NCBI GenBank assembly: GCA_900617105.1
Contig: UYFQ01000001.1
Location: 4,650,001-4,714,000, forward strand
Direction of reading: 5' to 3'
DNA: 64,000 nucleotides
From: Hydrurus foetidus
Taxonomy: Eukaryota
The translations under genes were made by a program, and so were the position numbers. Within the stretch, counting starts at the first letter, position 1; every line of letters begins with the position of its first letter. This document shows, piece by piece, positions 1 through 9,600 of this stretch. Below the pieces are notes generated by a model. That model worked only from the letters and a program-made list of their open reading frames with translations. It did not search any database and was not told the origin of the DNA.

Positions 1-399
1 GAAGACATCAAAGACCTGCGTGAAGGCATGGAACTAGAAGGCACGGTCAGCAACGTAGCAGCCTTCGGCGCATTCATCGACATTGGCGTACATCAAGACG
101 GCTTGGTACACGTGAGCCAGCTGAGTCACAAGTTCACGACTGATGCGCGTGAGGTGGTCAAAACTGGCGACATCGTGAAGGTGAGAGTGACCGAGATTGA
201 CGTTGCGCGAAAGCGGATTGGGCTCACCATGAAGCTTGGGGAGGCGCCTTCGAGGCGAGATGCGCCACGGGACAATCGATTCGAGGCATCGAGGCCCGGG
301 CATGGTCAAAACCCAAGCCGCAGCAGGCAAGAAGCACCTCAGGCCGGGTCGTCGGCCATGGCCTCGGCGTTTGGAAAGCTGGCGGGGTTAAAGAAGTAA
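1..399 (+). CDS. tex: Tex-family RNA-binding transcriptional accessory protein, C-terminal S1 domain (5' partial)
   Basis: Frame is open from base 1: [42 protein letters not shown], the typical Tex S1 domain, ending [10 protein letters not shown]. Confidence 0.9.
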   Translation, partial: EDIKDLREGMELEGTVSNVAAFGAFIDIGVHQDGLVHVSQLSHKFTTDAREVVKTGDIVKVRVTEIDVARKRIGLTMKLGEAPSRRDAPRDNRFEASRPGHGQNPSRSRQEAPQAGSSAMASAFGKLAGLKK

Positions 400-451
400 A
401 GCTTGGCGCATCCACTAAATCCAAAATGCCATTCATAGCCTGTAAGGCCAC

Positions 452-865
452 ATGACCATTTACCCAGCAACGGAAGAAGAAGTCCGCGTTAGCGGCATTG
501 GCCGTCGGCTTCGTCAATACAACTATGCCTTCGTCGGTGAGTATCCAGAAGAACTACCGATTCGATTGAACGCCAGCGATGGGCAAGGAAACGTTGTCGG
601 GGGCCTTCGGGCGATTGTGTTTTTGTACGGGCTTCGGATAGAAGTCCTGTTTGTAGACGAAAGTCAGCGCGGGACTGGTGTCGGAACTGCGCTGCTTTTG
701 GAAGCTGAGCGGATTGCTCGTGAGGTGGGAGCAAAGAACGCAGCGCTTGAGACGTTCGAGTTTCAGGGCCCTGGCTTTTATGCCAGGCACGGGTATGTTG
801 AGACTGGCCGGATTGCTAACTATGCAGGTGAGTTTTATCTTGTCACCATGGCAAAAAACTTGTAA
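452..865 (+). CDS. GNAT family N-acetyltransferase
   Basis: Acetyl-CoA motif LFVDESQRGTGVGTALL and LETFEFQGPGFYARHGY. Confidence 0.88.
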   Translation: MTIYPATEEEVRVSGIGRRLRQYNYAFVGEYPEELPIRLNASDGQGNVVGGLRAIVFLYGLRIEVLFVDESQRGTGVGTALLLEAERIAREVGAKNAALETFEFQGPGFYARHGYVETGRIANYAGEFYLVTMAKNL

Positions 866-1112
866 GTCATTTGGCTTGGGTTGCGCTTCGCTGGTCAGAC
901 CCACGATGCTAAAAAAATTGTCTTCGAAAATTTGGTGCGAAATCTTTTTTAAAAATTAGCGGCTTGTTTAAGCAATGTTTTGTACGTGTCCAGAGTGACA
1001 ACCGCAGTCAATTTCCTTTTTCCAAACGATCTGGAGCTAATCCAATGCCTGCTTTGACTGGCTCGCAGTTGTATGCATTGTTGAATGTAGAAGATACGAG
1101 GAAATCATTGCT

Positions 1113-1200
1113 GTCATCGAGGCTTTCAGCCGGTATTCATGCACCCGCCGGTGCTTGCAACGGAGCGCGTACATGCATTGCGGGTCAAGCCCGCGATGAC
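1113..1200. repeat. Intergenic palindromic element with inverted arms GTCATCG...CGATGAC; left arm degenerate
   Basis: Right arm is the hairpin CATTGCGGG-TCAAG-CCCGCGATG. Left arm GTCATCGAGGCTTTCAGCCGGTATTCATG is a decayed reverse complement of it. Confidence 0.55.
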
Positions 1201-1233
1201 GTGCAATGAGTTGACTAGCTTCGTTTGTATATA

Positions 1234-1287
1234 AAATATGCGCTTAGCCCAATGAACATGGGCGCGAGCAGCTCCCGAATAAATAGC
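1234..1287 (-). repeat. Family-A 54-bp dispersed motif, intergenic copy
   Basis: Reverse strand reads GCTATTTATTCGGGAGC TGCTCGCGC CCATGTTCATTG GGCTA AGCGCATATTT. Confidence 0.85.
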
Positions 1288-1320
1288 GAGTGAAGTACGT
1301 TAATTAACTTAAGATTCCCA

Positions 1321-1710
1321 GTGCAAATCCTCAGCTTCAGCCACTACAACCTCCGCGCCCCGCGAAAAGTGCTGGATGAGCTGCGCCTGTTTTACACCGA
1401 GGTAGTAGGACTTGAGCAAGGCATGCGCCCACCGTTTCCACGATTTGGTTATTGGCTGTACGCGGGTGCTCAAGACGTGCTGCACCTTACCGAGGCATCA
1501 GCTGACGAGCATCGCTTGCTTCAAACCAAAACAAGCTTTGACCATGCTTCATTCAACTGCACGGGCCGAGAAGCGTTTGAGCGCAAGCTGACGCAGCTCG
1601 GAATCGCGCACGAAGTTTTCCACGTGCCTCAAACCGGACAAGTTCAGCTTTTCTTCAAAGACCCGGCAGGCAATGGTGTTGAACTTAACTTCACGGACAG
1701 CGACGCTTAG
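1321..1710 (+). CDS. VOC/glyoxalase family protein
   Basis: SHYNL...FYTEVVGL, FDHASF and QLFFKDPAGNGVELNF metal-binding pattern. GTG start. Confidence 0.85.
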   Translation: MQILSFSHYNLRAPRKVLDELRLFYTEVVGLEQGMRPPFPRFGYWLYAGAQDVLHLTEASADEHRLLQTKTSFDHASFNCTGREAFERKLTQLGIAHEVFHVPQTGQVQLFFKDPAGNGVELNFTDSDA

Positions 1711-1791
1711 GGCGGCGGCTCGTTATCCATTAAGAAATTTAAATCATCATGCATTCCTGGCTGATAGTTGCTCGTCATTCCTGTTAAATCA

Positions 1792-2940
1792 ATGCACGCT
1801 CTCAAAATCTACGCAGGCCCCCAGGCCATGCAGCACATTGCCCAAAACGGTTTGCAGCCGCAAGACGTTGGCGTCGTCCCGGGTGCAGCGGGTGGGCCAA
1901 AGGGTTTGATACTCGGGCCGCTAGACCGGTTTATTTTTGGCGATTGGCTGGCACACTCGAGCCATGACGTACATCTGGTTGGCGCGTCTATTGGTGCGTG
2001 GCGCATGGCCACGGCTTGTTTGGCGAACCCCGTGGCGGGCTTTGAAAAGCTGGAGCACGACTACATTCGCCAAGACTATGCCCTCAAACCGGGTGAAAAG
2101 TTTCCGTCGGCCGACACAGTAAGTGAAGACTTTGGGCGCAAACTGGCCAGTTTTTACGCCGGTAAGGTTAGCGACGTGTTAAGTCACCCGCGCTACAAGC
2201 TGCACATCGTCACTTCACGTGGGCGGCACATTTTGCGCAGGGAGCGCAAATTGGCCACGCCGCTCGGTTACCTGGGCGCTTTTTTAAGCAACGGCGTTTA
2301 CCGCAAGGCGATGGGCGCTTGGCTGGAGCGGGTGGTGTTTTCAAGCCAAAACGCCGCGCTGCCGTTTGATGCAACCGACTACCGCACCCGCCAAATTGAC
2401 CTGACTGCGGCCAACTTTTACCCTGCGCTGCAGGCCAGTTGTTCGATTCCGTTTGTGCTGCGTGCGGTTCACGCTATTCCCGGTGCACCACCCGGCGCGT
2501 ACTGGGATGGTGGCATCACTGACTACCATTTGCATTTGAATTATGCTTCTAATTTTATAGCTGCTCGCGCCCGTACTACGTCGGCTAAAGCCTTAAATGA
2601 TGCCAATTTTGAGCCAAAAACAGCCTCACAAGCTGGTTTGGTGCTTTACCCGCATTTTCAAAAAGCCGTGGTACCCGGCTGGCTCGACAAAGGCTTGAAG
2701 TGGCGGCATAAAGCCACGCCGTTTTTAAGCAATATGGTGCTGCTGGCGCCCAACCCGGACTGGGTTAAAACCCTGCCAAACGCCAAGCTGCCAGACCGGC
2801 AAGACTTCAAGACTTACGGCACGGACCTGCAAGCGCGAGTCAAAGCTTGGGAAGCCGCAGCATCTGCCAGCGAACGGCTGGCTGATGAATGGCAGCATTG
2901 GCTGCGTAAGCCCGATATAAGCTTGATTGAATCGCTTTGA
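1792..2940 (+). CDS. Patatin-like phospholipase family protein
   Basis: GAAGGPKG glycine loop, GASIG nucleophile motif and DGG motif. ATG at 1792 preferred over TTG at 1768. Confidence 0.85.
   Translation: MHALKIYAGPQAMQHIAQNGLQPQDVGVVPGAAGGPKGLILGPLDRFIFGDWLAHSSHDVHLVGASIGAWRMATACLANPVAGFEKLEHDYIRQDYALKPGEKFPSADTVSEDFGRKLASFYAGKVSDVLSHPRYKLHIVTSRGRHILRRERKLATPLGYLGAFLSNGVYRKAMGAWLERVVFSSQNAALPFDATDYRTRQIDLTAANFYPALQASCSIPFVLRAVHAIPGAPPGAYWDGGITDYHLHLNYASNFIAARARTTSAKALNDANFEPKTASQAGLVLYPHFQKAVVPGWLDKGLKWRHKATPFLSNMVLLAPNPDWVKTLPNAKLPDRQDFKTYGTDLQARVKAWEAAASASERLADEWQHWLRKPDISLIESL
2545..2598 (+). repeat. Family-A motif, in frame inside the patatin gene (ASNFIAARARTTSAKALN)
   Basis: GCTTCTAATTTTATAGC TGCTCGCGC CCGTACTACGTC GGCTA AAGCCTTAAAT. 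Confidence 0.85.
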
Positions 2941-3003
2941 GGCTCAAAGTCCTGCATTTAGCCATCATTTGATGGCACACTTAGCAGACAAAGGAGGTTG
3001 GTC

Positions 3004-3330
3004 ATGGAAGCATTCGCAGTTCGAGATCTACGTGAGCACACGGGTGAGCTGGTGCGTAACGCTGAAAGTGGGCAACTTTCGGTAGTGTCCAAACACGGCA
3101 AGCCATTGTTCGTGGCCGTGCCTTTTACCGATGCTCTATTGTCCTCGGGTGTGTCTGTTTCGCTTGCTGACAAGCTGGTGCAAAGCGGCGAGTTGTCCGT
3201 AGCCTCAGGCGCTAAGCTTTCAGGTATGCCGTACGCACGTTATTTGCAGCATTTGGGCGCCACGGGCTACAGCTTGCTGGACGAAAGCGCGCCGTTGGCA
3301 GACGAGCTGGCTTTGCTGACTAAACCATAA
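3004..3330 (+). CDS. Putative antitoxin: Phd/YefM-like N-terminus plus UPF0175-like HTH C-terminus
   Basis: VRDLREHTGELVRNAESG...SKHGKP is a Phd pattern. C-terminal LSVASGAKLSGM helix-turn-helix. AGGAGG RBS at 2992. Directly upstream of a PIN gene. Confidence 0.75.
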   Translation: MEAFAVRDLREHTGELVRNAESGQLSVVSKHGKPLFVAVPFTDALLSSGVSVSLADKLVQSGELSVASGAKLSGMPYARYLQHLGATGYSLLDESAPLADELALLTKP

Positions 3331-3339
3331 CCCAACGTC

Positions 3340-3834
3340 ATGCAGCTTTTGGTGGCTGACGCTGGCCCGCTGATAGCGCTTGCGGTGGCTGGTGTGTTGC
3401 CATTGGCGACCAAACAGTTTGAATTTTGCGTACCCCAAGCAGTGCTGAACGAGTGCTTGGCTGACCCGTACGCACCCGGCGCAGTTTTGATACTTGAGGT
3501 GTTTAACGGTGCAGGCTTTACTATCATTCCTGACAAGGCAACCAAGGCGCTAGACAGTGCCTATGTGATGGGCTTGGGGTCTGGTGAAGTCGCGGTTTTA
3601 AGTTATGCCCAACATCATAGCCAAGTGGCATTGATTGATGAGCGCCGCTCCCGGCGAATTGCTCAGAAATTAGGTGTGGCGGTTGTGGGCAGCGGCGCGG
3701 TTTTGGTCGCGCTGAAGACATCGGGTGTCATCTCCAGCATTCGTCCCGCTTTGGTGGCTTGGTACCAGCATGGGTATTTTTTGTCGCCAGCGCTGCAAAA
3801 GCAATTGCTGGCGGCCTCGAGCGAGCTAGCTTAA
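3340..3834 (+). CDS. PIN-domain protein, DUF3368 family (putative toxin)
   Basis: VADAGPLI, VLNE, LGSGE and LIDERRSRRIAQKLG motifs. Confidence 0.8.
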   Translation: MQLLVADAGPLIALAVAGVLPLATKQFEFCVPQAVLNECLADPYAPGAVLILEVFNGAGFTIIPDKATKALDSAYVMGLGSGEVAVLSYAQHHSQVALIDERRSRRIAQKLGVAVVGSGAVLVALKTSGVISSIRPALVAWYQHGYFLSPALQKQLLAASSELA

Positions 3835-5175
3835 TTTTTTAACCAGCACCTGCGATTTGCGGTCCCAGTTGTACTTGCGCTTGCGGGCTTCAGGCAGCCA
3901 GTCGGGGTCAACCTGCACAAAACCACGTTTAATAAACCAGTGCATGGTGCGGGTGGTCAATACAAAAATGCTTTGCAGACCTGCGGCGCGCGCGCGTTGC
4001 TCAATGCGTTTTAGTATCTTCTCACCATCGCCCTGGCCTTGCGATTGAGGCGACACAGTTAGTGCTGCCATCTCGGCTGTTTTGGCTTCGGGGTAGGCGT
4101 ACAGCGCTGCGCAGGCAAAAATCACGCCGTCGTGTTCAATGATGGTGTAGTTGTCGGCGTCGCGTTCAATCTCGGTGCGGTCGCGTTTGACCAATGTGCC
4201 GTCTTTTTCAAACGGTTCAATCAATTGCAAAATGCCGCCTACGTCATCAGCCGTGGCTTCTCGCAGCTCCTCTAATTTTTCGTCAACCACCATCGTGCCA
4301 ATGCCGTCGTGCACGTAAATCTCAAGCAGCAGCGCGCCATCAACGGCGAACGGCAAGATGTGGCTGCGCTCCACGCCTGATTTGCAGGCCTTGACGCAGT
4401 GCTGCAAATAAAACGCAGTGTCGGTAGGGCGCTCGCCAGGCTGCAGGGTGGCCAGCAGCTTTTCAGCTGCAGCCAGCGGCAGTTCAGTGTCAATCGGGTT
4501 GTCTTCGCTCTCGGGCGCGATGGGGTCGATTCTGATGCCCGCAATTTCGCTTAAAAAAATCAGCTTGTCTGCACCCAATGCGATGGCCACGCTGGTGGCG
4601 ACTTCTTCCATTGTTAAATTAAACGCCTCTCCGGTTGGGGAGAATCCAAACGGCGACAGCAGCACCATGGCGCCAAAATCAAGCGTTTGGGTAATGCCCA
4701 GCGTGTCAACTTTTCGTACCAGCCCTGAATGTTTGAAGTCCACACCATCCACAATGCCCACTGGCCGGGCGGTAATGAAGTTTCCCGAAATCACGCGCAC
4801 AGTAGCGCCCGCCATCGGCGTGTTGGGTAGGCCTTGGCTAAATGCTGCTTCAATTTCATAGCGCAGTTGGCCGGCGGCTTCTTGGGCGCAGTCCAGTGCC
4901 ACTTCGTCGGTGATGCGCATGCCGTGGGAATATTTGGCGGCATGGCCTTTGGCGGCCAGTTGCTCGTTAACTTGCGGCCGAAAGCCGTGCACCAGCACAA
5001 TTTTCACGCCCATGCTTTGAATCAAGGCCAAATCTTGCGCAATGTGCGGCAGTTTGCCCGCAGCGATGGCTTCGCCCGCTATGCCCACCACAAAAGTTTT
5101 ACCGCGATGAGTGTGTATGTACGGCGCAACCGAGCGAAACCAGGGCACAAACGTAAAGTTAAAAACTGCAGACAT
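3826..5175 (-). CDS. argA: Amino-acid N-acetyltransferase (N-acetylglutamate synthase)
   Basis: FVPWFRSVAPYIHTHRGKTFVV amino acid kinase domain plus C-terminal GNAT domain (FVLTTRTMHWF). Confidence 0.97.
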   Translation of the reverse strand: MSAVFNFTFVPWFRSVAPYIHTHRGKTFVVGIAGEAIAAGKLPHIAQDLALIQSMGVKIVLVHGFRPQVNEQLAAKGHAAKYSHGMRITDEVALDCAQEAAGQLRYEIEAAFSQGLPNTPMAGATVRVISGNFITARPVGIVDGVDFKHSGLVRKVDTLGITQTLDFGAMVLLSPFGFSPTGEAFNLTMEEVATSVAIALGADKLIFLSEIAGIRIDPIAPESEDNPIDTELPLAAAEKLLATLQPGERPTDTAFYLQHCVKACKSGVERSHILPFAVDGALLLEIYVHDGIGTMVVDEKLEELREATADDVGGILQLIEPFEKDGTLVKRDRTEIERDADNYTIIEHDGVIFACAALYAYPEAKTAEMAALTVSPQSQGQGDGEKILKRIEQRARAAGLQSIFVLTTRTMHWFIKRGFVQVDPDWLPEARKRKYNWDRKSQVLVKKLS

Positions 5176-5385
5176 TCAGCGCTTTCAAAATTCTAAAACT
5201 GGCCATTTTTATCAGCGGCGGGAGGAAAGCAGGCAGGCCTATCGCGTCAATTGAAGCGTTTTACAATTAGGTACAAAATTGTTTGGCTGATGCCCGCACA
5301 CCGAGCAGAGTGTAAGGCAGCCTAAACAGCATAACGGTCACAGGTTTAACCTCAAAAACAACTAGGCGGTTTGCGCACTCTGTCA

Positions 5386-6612
5386 ATGGAAAATTTAGCA
5401 ATCGGTTTGTGGGGCTTTTTTTACGGCGGCTGCTTTTTGGTAGTGTGCGGCGCAATTTTCGCGTACTCGCAGTCCATGCACCGTATCGGCGTCAATGCCA
5501 GCTTGTCGGCCCTTGGCCCGGCGTTGGCGGTCACTGTATTTTTAGGCGGCTTGCCGTTTGGCGACCGCGACCTTCTCCTGCGTTTACTCGCTTTATTGAC
5601 TGCATTGGTGGGCTCAATGCTGGTCTACCAGTTGCTGAACATTTTGGGCGTGCTGCAAACCGCGTTGCGGCGTCGCCAAGCCAAGGCTGTATTTTTGTGT
5701 TTATGCATCGCGGCGATCAGCGTGAGCTGGGCGCTGAAGCCGCCTGACGCGTTGCTGCTGTGCGGGGTGATGGTGTTTTGCCTGGCGCTGTACGCCTGGG
5801 TGGTGTCGTTGAACAATGCGCTGCGGGGCGACAGCTTGGTTTGGGCGGCAGTCATTGCAGTGGTTGTGGTCATTACCGCTTACACCAGCTTGACTTTTGG
5901 TGTGCTTTACCCCGAGCAATGGAGTTGGCTACTGCAGCTGACCGCTGCCGCCGCAGCGTCGGTATACGTGGTGGCGCTGGTCGGCATTACCTGCCTGCGC
6001 TACGCGTACTTGATAGAGCGCAAGAAAGTAATGGTCTACGGCCCAGGTTATGACCCGATTACCCGCATGCGATCCCGCTCAGAAACCGGCCAAATGGCGC
6101 GTGATATTTTCGACAACCCCGCCACGCAAAGTGAACCGTTAGGCGTAATTGTGTTGACCATCGCCAACTTGTATACGCTTGAAAAATTGCACGGTATTGC
6201 AGCAGTCAACGGCGCCTTGTTTTTAATGGCCAGCCGACTCAAGCGAAACTTGCCCGCCCGCGTCGAAATTGGCCGCCTCGGTTTTGATGGGTTTTTGCTC
6301 ATCATGCGCAACTGCACCGACAGCGGCCGACTGGTGCAACTAGCGCATGAGCTTAACCAGCGTTTGCACAAGGCAGCCACCATCAAAACCAACCCTGATC
6401 CGCAGCAGCTTGAAACCGCCCAGACGGTGTGGCGGGCGCAAATTGGCATCGGCGTGCTGCACGTTAAAAACCCTGAAACCAACAGCCTGGACGCCATCAC
6501 AATCGGGCGCAATATGTCCCGCACCGCTATCAGCTACAACAGTCGCGTAGCCTGGTTTGATCACCCCAGTGGCGAAATAACGGAACTTCCTTCGCACCCG
6601 GGAATGGTTTGA
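5386..6612 (+). CDS. Multi-pass membrane protein with degenerate GGDEF domain
   Basis: About 7 hydrophobic segments, then YDPITRM, EKLHGIAAVNGALF and IGRLGFDGFLLIM (GFDGF at the GGDEF position). Confidence 0.75.
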   Translation: MENLAIGLWGFFYGGCFLVVCGAIFAYSQSMHRIGVNASLSALGPALAVTVFLGGLPFGDRDLLLRLLALLTALVGSMLVYQLLNILGVLQTALRRRQAKAVFLCLCIAAISVSWALKPPDALLLCGVMVFCLALYAWVVSLNNALRGDSLVWAAVIAVVVVITAYTSLTFGVLYPEQWSWLLQLTAAAAASVYVVALVGITCLRYAYLIERKKVMVYGPGYDPITRMRSRSETGQMARDIFDNPATQSEPLGVIVLTIANLYTLEKLHGIAAVNGALFLMASRLKRNLPARVEIGRLGFDGFLLIMRNCTDSGRLVQLAHELNQRLHKAATIKTNPDPQQLETAQTVWRAQIGIGVLHVKNPETNSLDAITIGRNMSRTAISYNSRVAWFDHPSGEITELPSHPGMV

Positions 6613-6650
6613 TTTCGTCATCGATGAAGGGTTAAAAGTACCCACCGATA

Positions 6651-9600
6651 ATGGACAAATTTGAGTATTCTCTTTTGCGTCCAGATCCCTTGTTAACCCG
6701 TGCATCGCCACCTGCATCGCCACCAGAGCCGCAAGGGCGGTCGATGCTGGTTATCGATTTCCCCGAGTCGCTTCCCGTATCAGGTAAGCGAGAGGAAATC
6801 AGCGCCGCCATTGCCGCCCATCAGGTGGTCATTGTTTGTGGTGAAACCGGTTCCGGCAAAACCACGCAGTTGCCCAAAATTTTGCTCGCCATGGGGCGCG
6901 GCAAACTCAACTACGCACCGGGCCAGCGCTCCAAACTGATCGGCCACACGCAGCCCAGGCGCATTGCTGCGTCGAGTGTGGCCAAGCGTATTGCTGAAGA
7001 GCTGAAAACCCCGCTGGGTGATGTGGTGGGTTTCAAGGTTCGGTTTCAAGACCGCTTGAGCCGGGATGCGTCTGTCAAGCTGATGACCGACGGTATTTTG
7101 CTGGCCGAAACGCAAACCGACCCGCTGCTGAACGCTTACGACACCATCATCATTGACGAGGCGCATGAGCGCAGCTTGAACATCGATTTCTTACTGGGTT
7201 ACCTGCGCCAGTTGCTGCCGCGCCGGCCGGATTTGAAAGTCATCATCACATCGGCAACGATTGATGCGGCGAGGTTTGCTGAATACTTTGCATCTGCTAA
7301 AGGTCCAGCACCTGTGATCATGGTGTCAGGCCGTATGTTTCCGGTTGAACAGCGCTATCGCCCGTTTGAAGAGTCCCGCGACTATGACCTGAACGATGCG
7401 ATTGCTGACGCAGTAGATGAGCTGTGGCTCAGCCCGCACAACGCCGGCGATATATTGGTTTTCTTACCCGGCGAACGTGAAATCAGGGAGGCCACCGACC
7501 ACCTGCGCAAACACCTGGCACATCAGCCCATGAACAGAGGCGCTGATGTGCTGCCGCTGTTTGCCCGCTTGAGCCCGGCCGAGCAAGACCAGATTTTTGC
7601 CAACCACAGCAACCGCCGCATTGTGCTGGCCACCAACGTGGCTGAAACGTCATTGACCGTACCCGGCATCAGATACGTGATTGACGCAGGCACTGCGCGC
7701 GTCAAGCGCTACAGCTTCAGGAGCAAGGTTGAGCAGCTGATGGTCGAACCTATCAGCCAGGCCGCCGCCAACCAACGCGCTGGGCGCTGCGGTCGGGTGG
7801 CCGACGGCATTTGCATACGGCTGTATGACGCGCAAGACTTTGCCGGCCGCCAGCGCTTTACTGACCCCGAAATTTTGCGCAGCTCATTAGCCGCCGTGAT
7901 TTTGCGAATGAAGGCTTTGCACTTGGGCGCGATTGAAGACTTTGCCTTTATTGAACCGCCGCAGCGCCGCGCCATGACGGATGGCTACCAACTGTTGGCC
8001 GAGCTGGGCGCGGTGGACGACGACAACGAACTCACAGCGGTTGGCCACACACTGGCCAAGTTGCCGCTAGACCCTCGGGTTGGCCGCATGATCTTGGAAG
8101 CCAAAAGCCGCAGCGCGCTTGACGAAGTGCTGGTGATTGCTAGCGCCCTGAGCGTGCAAGACGTGCGCGACCGGCCGATGGACAAGCAAGCCCAAGCCGA
8201 CCAGGCGCATGCCAAATTTGACGATGAAAAAAGCGAGTTTGTCGGGTATTTGAAGTTGTGGAAGTGGCTGGGCGCGTCGCGCGGCGGCCCCTCACCCCAA
8301 CCCTCTCCCCCCAACGGGAGAGGGGGCAATTCACTTCCTCTCCCGCGTGCGGGAGAGGGTAGGGGTGAAGGCGCCGCGCAACATAAACTCAGCAACCGCC
8401 AATACGAAAATCTCTTAAGAGAAAACTTCATCAATATCCGCCGCGTCCGCGAGTGGCGCGATATTCATTCACAGCTCGTCAGCACCGTGGCCGAGCAGCA
8501 CTGGGACATCAACAAAAACCCCGCCAGCTACGAGCAACTGCACCAGTCCATGCTGTGCGGCTTGCTGGGCAACCTGGGTCTCAAAAGTGATGAAGAAGAC
8601 TGGTACCTGGGAGCACGCGGCATCAAGTTTTACCGTCACCCCGGTGCCAAGCTAAGCAAAAAACCGGGCCGCTGGATTGTGGCGGCTGAGCTGGTCGAGA
8701 CTACGCGTTTATTCGGTAGGGGCATCGCCAACATTGAGCCCCAGTGGATCGAGCAAGTGGCTGGGCACTTGCTCAAAAAGCAATTGCTCGACCCGCACTG
8801 GGAGAAAAAAGCCGCGCAAGTCACCGCACTTGAACGTGCCACTTTGTATGGGCTGGTGGTCTACAACGGCAGGCGCGTTAACTTTGGCCGGGTGGACCCA
8901 GTCGCCGCACGCGAGGTGTTCATTCGTGAGGCTTTGGTCGCAGGCAACTGGGACACGCCACTGCCGTTTTTAAAAGCCAACGAAAAGCTGATCGCCAAAG
9001 TGCAAGATCTGGAGCACAAAGCCCGCAGGCAAGACGTGCTGGTAGATGAAGAGCTGATTTACGCCTTTTATGACCAGCAGTTGCCCGCGGACGTGTGCAG
9101 CGGCGCAAGCTGCGAGGCTTGGTATGCACAGGAGGTAAAGAAAGAAGCTAAAAACCAAACCAAGTTGCTATTTCTAACCCAAGAAGAGCTGATGCGCCAC
9201 GAGGCAGCAGGCATCACCACGCAGGCCTTCCCCAAAATTTTGCGCTTGGGCGGAGTCGATTGCACCGCAACCTACCTACACGAGCCGGGCGACGCCAAAG
9301 ACGGCGTGACGGTCGATGTGCCGCTATTTGCGCTGAACCAGGTCAACGAGGATCGCTGCGAATGGCTGGTGCCCGGCATGCTGAAGGACAAAGTGCAGGC
9401 GCTGATTAAAACCCTGCACCAGCGCCCACGCTCGCGCTTGGTGCCGCTGCCTGATACAGCAGCGCGCATGGCGGGGCAGCTTAATCAGCCCGAAGTTTTT
9501 GGCACCGGATCGCTCACCGATGCGGTTTTAAAGCTGGTGCGTGATGCAACAGCGGTTGACGTCAAACGTGGCGACCTAAAACTCGACATGCTGGCCCCGC

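Noticed and set aside
964..1209. 81-aa ORF
   Set aside because: TTG start, no recognisable motif, and it runs through a palindromic repeat.
400..3834. Integron cassette array (GNAT, VOC and TA genes in the same orientation)
   Set aside because: No RYYYAAC...GTTRRRY attC structures after the stops and no integron integrase.
6701..6724. 12-bp tandem duplication TGCATCGCCACC at the hrpA 5' end
   Set aside because: Only two units, in an unconserved leader that may be untranslated. No functional inference is possible.
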